A DNA stretch of 25,291 bases from a virus. Taxonomy: Duplodnaviria > Caudoviricetes. The translations under genes were made by a program, and so were the position numbers. Shown here piece by piece: positions 1-6,530 of the stretch; the stretch's first letter is position 1; each line of letters starts with the position of its first letter. The notes under the pieces were generated by a model. That model saw only the letters and a program-made list of their open reading frames with translations. It made no database searches and was not told the origin of the DNA. The stretch covers positions 1 through 25,291 of IMG/VR virus record IMGVR_UViG_3300022178_002093. One strand, written 5' to 3'.

Positions 1-38
1 CTCTATATTAACTAAAAAAAGAGAGTTGTGTCTTATGC

Positions 39-308
39 CTAAGACGATTTCGGTTTTAACCGAATAACATTGTTATGTAAAGCTTTTTTAAAAAATTTTT
101 TATGCGCTTCTTTCTTAATTTTTATGGCTAAGTTAATAAATTCAAAACCATCTGAAGTTAAATCAAACTGATGTCCTATAAATAACATAGACATTACCCC
201 TGTTACTTTAGAGTATTCTCTAGCATCTAGTTTGTGTGCTAATATTTCTAGTGCTGATTCTAAATTAGATTTTTTTATTCTTTTGCCTGGCATATCTTTT
301 TTTAACAT
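39..308 (-). CDS. Hypothetical protein (89 aa)
   Basis: ORF in the leftward small-gene operon; no recognisable motif; start could be the downstream ATG (MPGK). Confidence 0.6.
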   Translation of the reverse strand: MLKKDMPGKRIKKSNLESALEILAHKLDAREYSKVTGVMSMLFIGHQFDLTSDGFEFINLAIKIKKEAHKKFFKKALHNNVIRLKPKSS

Positions 309-573
309 ATATTAATAACTCCTGTGATTTTTCGTAATGATGAAAACGTGTGTAAACGTTTCGCCATCTTAATCTATTTTTTGCTCTATGAAAACAAAAA
401 TAATCTCTATCACGAGTTTGTTTTAGTCTTTTTTCAATTCCTGATCTTTCTTTCCATGACATCATCCACGGGTGTGTGGTCAGTGTCCGTATAATTTCTA
501 GATGTACTCCTGTTTGATCTAACCACTTACAAAATCGTTTCATGTTATTTATTTTTAATAATGTTTTTTTCAT
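265..573 (-). CDS. Hypothetical basic protein (102 aa)
   Basis: Start overlaps the stop of the upstream GIY-YIG gene (ATGA). Confidence 0.6.
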   Translation of the reverse strand: MKKTLLKINNMKRFCKWLDQTGVHLEIIRTLTTHPWMMSWKERSGIEKRLKQTRDRDYFCFHRAKNRLRWRNVYTRFHHYEKSQELLIYVKKRYARQKNKKI

Positions 574-1070
574 CTACCAGTTTTTAAATATTGTGCTCTT
601 CTTAATTTTTTTTTATGTTTTAACCCTGCATCCATTTTTTTTAGTACTTCATCATTTATATATCTATACCAACTTATGTTATTAAAAAATTTTTCGTGCA
701 GTAACACATGTGCTTTTAATTGTTTAGAAGTTAATGTGTAAGGTGCTGTGTTAGAGTTAGCGTTTAGTTTTGGTTTATATTTTTTTATAAAACGTTTTTC
801 GTAATGTTGTCTAATTCTTATTTCATCAATACTTAACAATACAATTCTAAAATATGTAAATACAGGACCAATACCTTTTTTAGTTTTACTGCCTTCATAA
901 CTTCTAGAATAATGATCTAATATTCTAGATAAAGGACATTTACTTTCTCCAATATAAATTAAGTTATATTCTTCGTTAAATAAAAAATACAAACCAGGAT
1001 TATTACTTGTGGTAATATCAATAGTTGTTTCTTTATTTACACAATTAAGTTTATCTCTATTTATTCGCAT
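570..1070 (-). CDS. GIY-YIG family endonuclease (UvrC N-terminal-like)
   Basis: PGLYFL...IYIGES, conserved R in SRILDH, E in YEKRFIKKYKP and terminal KLN. Confidence 0.8.
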   Translation of the reverse strand: MRINRDKLNCVNKETTIDITTSNNPGLYFLFNEEYNLIYIGESKCPLSRILDHYSRSYEGSKTKKGIGPVFTYFRIVLLSIDEIRIRQHYEKRFIKKYKPKLNANSNTAPYTLTSKQLKAHVLLHEKFFNNISWYRYINDEVLKKMDAGLKHKKKLRRAQYLKTGR

Positions 1071-1260
1071 TCTTTTTTAACAAAGTTGAAATATATTTAT
1101 CTACTGGTATATTTTTTTTCTTTGCTTGAAATTCTGCATAATCTTTTACTAATTTAGATATCATCCTAGCTGGGTTACGTTCTTTTTCATTACAAAGAGC
1201 AGTTAATAACGTATGTGTATCTTTTTTTACTGCTACTGATTTCCATTTACCTATATCCAT
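1057..1260 (-). CDS. Small ribbon-helix-helix-like DNA-binding protein
   Basis: N-terminal alternating beta pattern KSVAV followed by two amphipathic helices (DTHTLLTALCNE; PARMISKLVKDY); fold is inferred. Confidence 0.55.
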   Translation of the reverse strand: MDIGKWKSVAVKKDTHTLLTALCNEKERNPARMISKLVKDYAEFQAKKKNIPVDKYISTLLKKNANK

Positions 1261-1429
1261 GTTTCTTACACTCCTCTTTACATTGTTGTTTTGTTAAAAT
1301 TTTTGGATTCATAATTACATTCCAAACTCTTTCAAAGTAAGGATTGTTGTCACCAAAAGTCCATCCTCTAGCTTTAGTTAATTTAGTAATTGCTTTAAGC
1401 ATTCTGTCCTGCCATGATAAGTTTTTCAT
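1247..1429 (-). CDS. Hypothetical protein (60 aa)
   Basis: GGAG upstream of ATG; ATGA overlap with the upstream small ORF. Confidence 0.65.
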   Translation of the reverse strand: MKNLSWQDRMLKAITKLTKARGWTFGDNNPYFERVWNVIMNPKILTKQQCKEECKKHGYR

Positions 1430-1539
1430 ATTGTTACTCCCATAAAAAATGCAACGATAACAGCTATTGTACCTATAAATAATTTAGGAAATATTAAAAT
1501 AAATATAGCAATAATTGCTAATGTAATATGATCACCCAT
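1426..1539 (-). CDS. 37-aa hydrophobic membrane microprotein (not in supplied track)
   Basis: Hand translation MGDHITLAIIAIFILIFPKLFIGTIAVIVAFFMGVTI*; fills the gap exactly, with TAATG overlap at the start and ATGA overlap at the stop. Confidence 0.7.
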   Translation of the reverse strand: MGDHITLAIIAIFILIFPKLFIGTIAVIVAFFMGVTI

Positions 1540-1820
1540 TATTCTAATTCCTTTCTAAGCTGTATATGAGCTTCATGAACATCTTTCCTGCTGCATAATT
1601 CATCAAGTATTAAATGTTCTGACATACTCCAATTAATTGGATAAGTAGTAAATCTAGTTACACCACCTATTTTAACTGACATAAGTCTGTCTCTTGTTTC
1701 ATTCCAATGATCTGTTCCTGGATGTATTGGTTCACCATTAGAATTCTTAGCATGCATCTTACCTAATATCTCATCTACCTCCGTGACAAGATTAAAGAAG
1801 GTTCTACTTTTACTCTTCAT
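1539..1820 (-). CDS. Hypothetical protein (93 aa), first gene of leftward operon
   Basis: SD AGGAG at 1826-1830 (minus) before ATG. Confidence 0.75.
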   Translation of the reverse strand: MKSKSRTFFNLVTEVDEILGKMHAKNSNGEPIHPGTDHWNETRDRLMSVKIGGVTRFTTYPINWSMSEHLILDELCSRKDVHEAHIQLRKELE

Positions 1821-1837
1821 TATATCTCCTGTATAAT
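1809..1837 (+). promoter_or_regulatory. Putative sigma70 promoter (rightward)
   Basis: TTTACT (1809-1814), 17 bp spacer, TATAAT (1832-1837); AT-rich background raises the chance of a false match. Confidence 0.5.
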
Positions 1838-1859
1838 AGTTAATATTTATAATTGTTTA

Positions 1860-1894
1860 TCTTATCTATATAGATGATTAATAAGACAGGTCAA
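1860..1894 (-). promoter_or_regulatory. Putative leftward promoter with palindromic operator
   Basis: TTGACC on minus strand (1889-1894); imperfect -10 lies in the perfect 12-bp palindrome ATCTATATAGAT (1864-1875); additional TCTTAT/ATAAGA inverted pair (1860-1865/1881-1886). Confidence 0.45.
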
Positions 1895-1901
1895 GGTTAA
1901 T

Positions 1902-2114
1902 ATGAAGTTTATTTTACTAATACAAATTTGCAGTATCATCAGTTCTAGTTGTATGGCTCCTGTAGAAATTGGCCCAGGTTATGATAAGTATAGCAAGTGC
2001 ACTCTTGACGGCTATACAAAAAGTTTAGAATTTTTGAATGCATTAGAAGAAAAAACCATCAACGAACAACAAATTTATACAAAATTTTATTGTAATCCAG
2101 TCACAAACACTTAA
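1902..2114 (+). CDS. Small Cys-containing protein with hydrophobic N-terminus (70 aa)
   Basis: MKFILLIQIC... signal-peptide-like start, four Cys, AAGG upstream. Confidence 0.65.
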   Translation: MKFILLIQICSIISSSCMAPVEIGPGYDKYSKCTLDGYTKSLEFLNALEEKTINEQQIYTKFYCNPVTNT

Positions 2115-2154
2115 AAACATAGTGTTTTCAACACTTTTACCCCCTATTGACACG

Positions 2155-2183
2155 TTGCATTTATACCACTTTTTTGATAAGAT
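2155..2183 (+). promoter_or_regulatory. Putative extended -10 sigma70 promoter, leaderless transcript
   Basis: TTGCAT (2155-2160), 17 bp spacer, TAAGAT (2178-2183) preceded by TGn; ATG at 2190 sits at the expected +1; no SD. Confidence 0.6.
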
Positions 2184-2189
2184 ATTCTT

Positions 2190-2456
2190 ATGAAACTTTA
2201 TCGTATCCAAGCTAACTACAAAAACGTTTATTTGGATGAAAATGTAGAAGCTGAGAATGATAAAGCTGCTTTGGAATCTTTTAGTGAGAGTTATGATTCA
2301 GAGCAGTTAACTGAAAAGGAAGGTCCTGGATTTCATAATCCAGATATACTTTTCTTAACCTTAGAGGAGGTTACAAGAGATGGCACTACAAAAGTTAATC
2401 TCGGAGAAACTTCAACTGGAGTCCAAGTGGGCGGGTCAGGCGTTGTCACAGGGTAG
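2190..2456 (+). CDS. Hypothetical acidic protein (88 aa)
   Basis: ORF directly after the promoter. Confidence 0.7.
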   Translation: MKLYRIQANYKNVYLDENVEAENDKAALESFSESYDSEQLTEKEGPGFHNPDILFLTLEEVTRDGTTKVNLGETSTGVQVGGSGVVTG

Positions 2457-2568
2457 AGTGACTACTGATATGAAGTGGATCGATATAAAGATCAAAGAAC
2501 TTAAAGTTAAGATCAATGATCAAAGTGTTAAAGACGCACAAAAAGGTCTTTTAGATATCGCTAGCTAA
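2380..2568 (+). CDS. Hypothetical helical/coiled-coil protein (62 aa)
   Basis: Strong SD GAGGAGG at 2364-2370; followed by a terminator-like hairpin. Confidence 0.75.
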   Translation: MALQKLISEKLQLESKWAGQALSQGRVTTDMKWIDIKIKELKVKINDQSVKDAQKGLLDIAS

Positions 2569-2590
2569 CACTAGCAATATTTTTATTTTT
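2555..2590 (+). terminator. Putative intrinsic terminator
   Basis: ATAT-c-GCTAG-ctaaca-CTAGC-a-ATAT hairpin followed by TTTTATTTTT, spanning the stop codon of 2380..2568. Confidence 0.45.
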
Positions 2591-2612
2591 CGTATAAAAT
2601 CCTAGGCTATTC

Positions 2613-2840
2613 ATGTCCCAAAAAAAAGTTAAGGTTAAAGGTATAAAAGTTTTTTTAAGTGTTCAAGAAGTTAAAGCTCTGGAAGATCTACTTACCAAAA
2701 GTGCTATGTTTAAAGGAGGCTTTTCTAAATTAAAAAAAATAGAAGTAGGTTTGTGGCATTTGTTTAACGATATTTGTGAAGATTTAAAATTAAAAGATAA
2801 TAAAATAAAAAAACCTAAATTAGATAAAAGCCTTCACTAA
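2613..2840 (+). CDS. Hypothetical Lys-rich protein (75 aa)
   Basis: ORF filling the gap up to the convergent methyltransferase gene. Confidence 0.6.
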   Translation: MSQKKVKVKGIKVFLSVQEVKALEDLLTKSAMFKGGFSKLKKIEVGLWHLFNDICEDLKLKDNKIKKPKLDKSLH

Positions 2841-2841
2841 A

Positions 2842-3420
2842 TTATCCCCACTGATTAGCCATTGCTGATGCAATACCTTCAAAGAATCTAGCTCTATTCT
2901 TTTGTCTTTCTTTACCACCTTTGTTAAACCAGTTGCCTGGTATTTTAGTGCTTTGACGTATATCTACTATAGTTGTAGGTTTTAATTTAGGTAAATTTTT
3001 TAACCACAAACAAGTTCTTTTTTGTATTGGGTGACCATGTTCATACGGTTGTATGATCTGACTATATTTTGGTAGTTCAAATATTTTTGATGGAATAGGA
3101 TTTTCTACACATATTTTATTTATATTAGCATTATGCAATGCCATAAAAAAATTTTTACCTTCTTGTCCTAATTTTAATCTATCTTTATTTAATTTACCTT
3201 TTGGATATAAAAATCTAGCTCCTGCGTTTGATAAATAAGTACATGGTGGGTGTGCAATCATAAGGTCCCACTGTTTATCTAAATGTTTTAAAACATCATC
3301 TTGTATGTGATTTCCTACTGTTTCAGTCGGAATTACATCACAACTTACTGCATCATGACCTTTTTTTTTAAAAGCTTCTCTTACAATACCAGAGTATTCA
3401 CAAGCTATTAAAACTTTCAT
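2842..3420 (-). CDS. Short phage-type DNA (cytosine-5)-methyltransferase
   Basis: Degenerate motif I (VLIACEYSG), catalytic motif IV HPPCT, motif VI VENP, motif VIII-like QKRT, C-terminal GIASAMANQWG; 192 aa. Confidence 0.8.
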   Translation of the reverse strand: MKVLIACEYSGIVREAFKKKGHDAVSCDVIPTETVGNHIQDDVLKHLDKQWDLMIAHPPCTYLSNAGARFLYPKGKLNKDRLKLGQEGKNFFMALHNANINKICVENPIPSKIFELPKYSQIIQPYEHGHPIQKRTCLWLKNLPKLKPTTIVDIRQSTKIPGNWFNKGGKERQKNRARFFEGIASAMANQWG

Positions 3421-3608
3421 TATTCAAATTTACCTAATGGTACTTCACTAAATTTATACCAATGCACTTTACCATTTACATGTTGTCTAACTTTGCTTTC
3501 ACAATAATCACAAATATAAATAGTTGGTTTTTTTGTAGGGATGAAAGTGGTAACTGTATCACAATAAGGACATTTACCTAATGCTAATTCATCTAACTTA
3601 GATGGCAT
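3420..3608 (-). CDS. Zn-ribbon microprotein (62 aa)
   Basis: CPYC...CDYC; TAATG overlaps at both ends. Confidence 0.75.
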   Translation of the reverse strand: MPSKLDELALGKCPYCDTVTTFIPTKKPTIYICDYCESKVRQHVNGKVHWYKFSEVPLGKFE

Positions 3609-5482
3609 TACGTTGCTTCACCCCAGTTTATACCCATTGCAAGATCAACTTTGCTAGGTACTTTTAATGGCACATCATCTAAACAATGTTCCATCTGTTG
3701 TTTAATTTCTTCTATATCAGTTTCTTTACTAATATTAAAACAAAGCTCATCATGTATTTGTAGTAGTGGCCGGTGGCCGGTGTTGTAACAGTTAATCATT
3801 GCTTGTTTAGTTTGATCTGCTGCTGAACCCTGTATCAATCTGTTTAATGCTTTATAAGTCATAGCTCTTTTAATTGAACCTCTTTCGTATTTACTCTCAG
3901 CTTCTTCTCTAGTCATAGATTTATGGATACCAAAAGTCTTAGGTTCCCATCTGTCAAATCTACAATGTCTTCCTTTAATAGTTACAACACAGCCTTTTTT
4001 ATCAGCTGTAGTCATACATCTATTAGATAACATTTTAACAAAAGGAACCCTTTCGTTATAGGCATTCAAGATAGCTTTAGCCTGTTCTATATCTATACCT
4101 AATTCTGCAGATAATTTAGCCTTTCCCATACCATAAAACATGCCTAAATTGATGGTTTTAGCCTGAGATCTAGGTATATCAGCCATTTCTGCTACAACCT
4201 GGTGAAAGTCTGCATCATCGTTTTCATAGGCCTTTAAAAGCTCATAGGAGCCCTCAAAACCCTGATCAACGCTAGATGCATAGTGTACCACCAGTCTGGG
4301 CTCTTGTTGGCTGTAATCAAAGCTACCCCACTTTTTACCGTCATCAGGTAAGAAAAGGGCTCTAATATGCTTACCAAACTCCTTATTTCTAGCTGGAATC
4401 TGCTGTAAATTAGGGTTACTCATAGATAATCTACCTGTAGCAGTGCCTCCAGAGTCTGATTTTAACTGATTAATTTCTGCATGAATTCTACCATTATGTT
4501 CATATCTTAATATTGAATCAATAAATGTAGAGTGAAACTTATTCATCTCTCTAGTCTCTCTTATTAATTTAGCTAATGGATGAGGACAGTTATGTAACCA
4601 ATTGGTTGTAAAGCTTGGAGCTTTAGTCTTTGCAGTTCTTTCGTATGGAATCTTTAATGCATCAAATGCTTTAGCCACACTTACTGCTGCCCATATCTCT
4701 ACATCATGGCCACTTATGTCTTTTATTTGTTTTAATCTTTTGTTTTCTTCCTGTATAAAATTTTTCTTCAATGAATCTGCTTTACTGACATCTACTTTAA
4801 TTCCATGTTCTCTCATTTCAATTAAGATAGGCTGTAATTCAGTTTCCAAACTAAATATATTAGATAAATTTTGTTGTTGTATTTCTATTTTGAATCTGTT
4901 CCAAAGTTTTAATGTAAGTTCAGCATCTTGTTCTGCATAAGGACCCACGTAACCTGCAGGTAATCTCCACATATCTGCTTTAGCATCAAGACCCCACTCT
5001 TCTGCTTTCTCTCTTAGTTGTGCTTCTGATTTTACTTCTCCTAAATAATCGAATGATAATGCATTTAAAGAATAACTAAATCTATCTTCATTAATTAACG
5101 CACCAGCTATCATCGTATCATAAATTTTACCTGTAGGTTTTATACCTAAAGATCTAGTCCAACCAATATCATACGAAGCATTATGGCAAACTTTATCTAC
5201 ACCATTTTCCATTAATTTTTTATACCATTTTAAAGTCATGGCTTTATCCATGTTACCACCAGCTTCATGACCTATAGGAAAGTAACCTTTAAAACCATCT
5301 GCAGCTACAGCTATTCCTACTACTTCACCATCTTTAGTAGCCCATCCTGGTCCTTTAGTTTTAATGTTAGGATCTCTAGTTTCTAAGTCTACTGCTATAA
5401 TAGATCTATCAGATAAGTCTGGATAACTTTCTGGCCTTTTCCAATCAGACTCTGTCTGATTAAATACTAATTCAGTTGTCAT
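3608..5482 (-). CDS. polA: Family A DNA polymerase with 3'-5' exonuclease, no 5'-3' exonuclease, Leu762 type
   Basis: ExoI VDLET, ExoII HNASYD, ExoIII YAEQD; TGRLS..PNLQQIP; motif A DYSQQEPR; motif B RSQAKTINLGMFYG; motif C QIHDEL. Confidence 0.97.
   Translation of the reverse strand: MTTELVFNQTESDWKRPESYPDLSDRSIIAVDLETRDPNIKTKGPGWATKDGEVVGIAVAADGFKGYFPIGHEAGGNMDKAMTLKWYKKLMENGVDKVCHNASYDIGWTRSLGIKPTGKIYDTMIAGALINEDRFSYSLNALSFDYLGEVKSEAQLREKAEEWGLDAKADMWRLPAGYVGPYAEQDAELTLKLWNRFKIEIQQQNLSNIFSLETELQPILIEMREHGIKVDVSKADSLKKNFIQEENKRLKQIKDISGHDVEIWAAVSVAKAFDALKIPYERTAKTKAPSFTTNWLHNCPHPLAKLIRETREMNKFHSTFIDSILRYEHNGRIHAEINQLKSDSGGTATGRLSMSNPNLQQIPARNKEFGKHIRALFLPDDGKKWGSFDYSQQEPRLVVHYASSVDQGFEGSYELLKAYENDDADFHQVVAEMADIPRSQAKTINLGMFYGMGKAKLSAELGIDIEQAKAILNAYNERVPFVKMLSNRCMTTADKKGCVVTIKGRHCRFDRWEPKTFGIHKSMTREEAESKYERGSIKRAMTYKALNRLIQGSAADQTKQAMINCYNTGHRPLLQIHDELCFNISKETDIEEIKQQMEHCLDDVPLKVPSKVDLAMGINWGEAT
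3767..3783 (+). repeat. Two overlapping copies of TGGCCGGTG
   Basis: TGGCCGGTGGCCGGTGT; the same 10-mer TGGCCGGTGT recurs at 9090 and 13515. Confidence 0.7.
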
Positions 5483-5646
5483 TAATGTACTCTTTGACTA
5501 TTATTTGTATCGTGTATCGACTTTACATTACGTAAATTAATTTCTTTTGCAAACAAATAACAGTCTGCACAATAAAATTTTTTATTTTCAACAACGATAG
5601 CATTTCTTTTACACTTACCGTGTTCGCATTTAATCTTTTTCTTCAT
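5482..5646 (-). CDS. 54-aa Cys-rich putative Zn-binding microprotein (not in supplied track)
   Basis: Hand translation MKKKIKCEHGKCKRNAIVVENKKFYCADCYLFAKEINLRNVKSIHDTNNSQRVH*; AGGAG upstream; stop overlaps the polA ATG (TAATG). Confidence 0.75.
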   Translation of the reverse strand: MKKKIKCEHGKCKRNAIVVENKKFYCADCYLFAKEINLRNVKSIHDTNNSQRVH

Positions 5647-6286
5647 CTAGACTCCTAAGTTTATAATCATAACTACCTTCTTCATGTTCATCAGTAATCC
5701 ATTTAGAAGAATTCTCAACAGAATATATTTTGCTTGTAACAAGTCTATTAATTAAATTTTTAGAGGGATCTACACCCATAGATGCATCAAACATTTTTAA
5801 TCTGTTGTTCGGTTGTATAGCAAAGTTACCATCCTCTAATTCAAGAACGTGTCCACATTTATGTTGATCTGGTTTTTCAGCATAACCAAAATTTAATTCA
5901 TTAAAGTCTCCTGCACACCAATCTATAGTAAAAAGATATTTACCTTTTCTTAATACTTTTCTTCTTGATGTATACTGCATAGTAGCACCAGCTAATTCAT
6001 AAAAAGTTGTAACACTTACATTGTAACTAAAACTATCCCACATAACTACTTCATCTAATGGTAATTCTTTTACACCTGGTTTAGTGCAAAATGCAGTAAT
6101 AGGTGCTCGCCACCATAATCCACCATCTTCCATTAAGAAATGAAACAACGGTACTCTGTTTGGTATAGAACTAAAACCAAATACTCCTACTTCAAAATAT
6201 TTATCGTGTGAATCTTTTTGATCTCTTAAATAATTACCTCTAACCCAGCATTCTATTACTGGTATATTAGCGTTTAGATAAGCCAT
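5630..6286 (-). CDS. Conserved phage protein of unknown function (218 aa)
   Basis: SD GAGGA; enzyme-like stretches WDSFS, FTIDW, HKCGH, QPNNR; no function recognised. Confidence 0.85.
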   Translation of the reverse strand: MAYLNANIPVIECWVRGNYLRDQKDSHDKYFEVGVFGFSSIPNRVPLFHFLMEDGGLWWRAPITAFCTKPGVKELPLDEVVMWDSFSYNVSVTTFYELAGATMQYTSRRKVLRKGKYLFTIDWCAGDFNELNFGYAEKPDQHKCGHVLELEDGNFAIQPNNRLKMFDASMGVDPSKNLINRLVTSKIYSVENSSKWITDEHEEGSYDYKLRSLDEEKD

Positions 6287-6530
6287 TTTTATTATCCTCT
6301 TTTAAGTGTTGTATTTCTAAATCACAATAATGTTTTATCTTATTAAGATCTTCGATTGTTTTACCCTTAGTTAAGTATCTACAGACATACTTTATTACAT
6401 TTGCTTGAAAAGGATTCAAGCCATTTTTTCTAATAAAAGTCCATGGTTGAATAATAAATTTTTTATAATGGGATCCTCCGACTTGCTTTCCGTCTGGAAA
6501 AGCTTCGTCAAACATATCTTTGCTACTCAT
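6267..6530 (-). CDS. DUF3310 family protein (T7 gp1.7 nucleotide kinase-related)
   Basis: QVGGSHY...QANVIKYVCRY..KG..EDLNKIKHY. Confidence 0.85.
   Translation of the reverse strand: MSSKDMFDEAFPDGKQVGGSHYKKFIIQPWTFIRKNGLNPFQANVIKYVCRYLTKGKTIEDLNKIKHYCDLEIQHLKEDNKNGLSKR

Noticed and set aside
2114-2138. Alternative hairpins AAAACA/TGTTTT and AGTGTT/AACACT
   Set aside because: Short AT-rich stems with 3-nt loops; too weak to call a terminator or attenuator
2147-2152. Perfect TTGACA
   Set aside because: No -10 hexamer at 16-18 bp (T-run); the adjacent TTGCAT fits better
4602-4940. Antisense ORF in polA, and similar + strand ORFs at 6545, 8076, 8757, 9619, 13800, 15339, 15996, 17972, 22901, 22986, 23716, 24496 and 25031
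   Set aside because: Shadow frames opposite well-supported genes, with no SD or motifs
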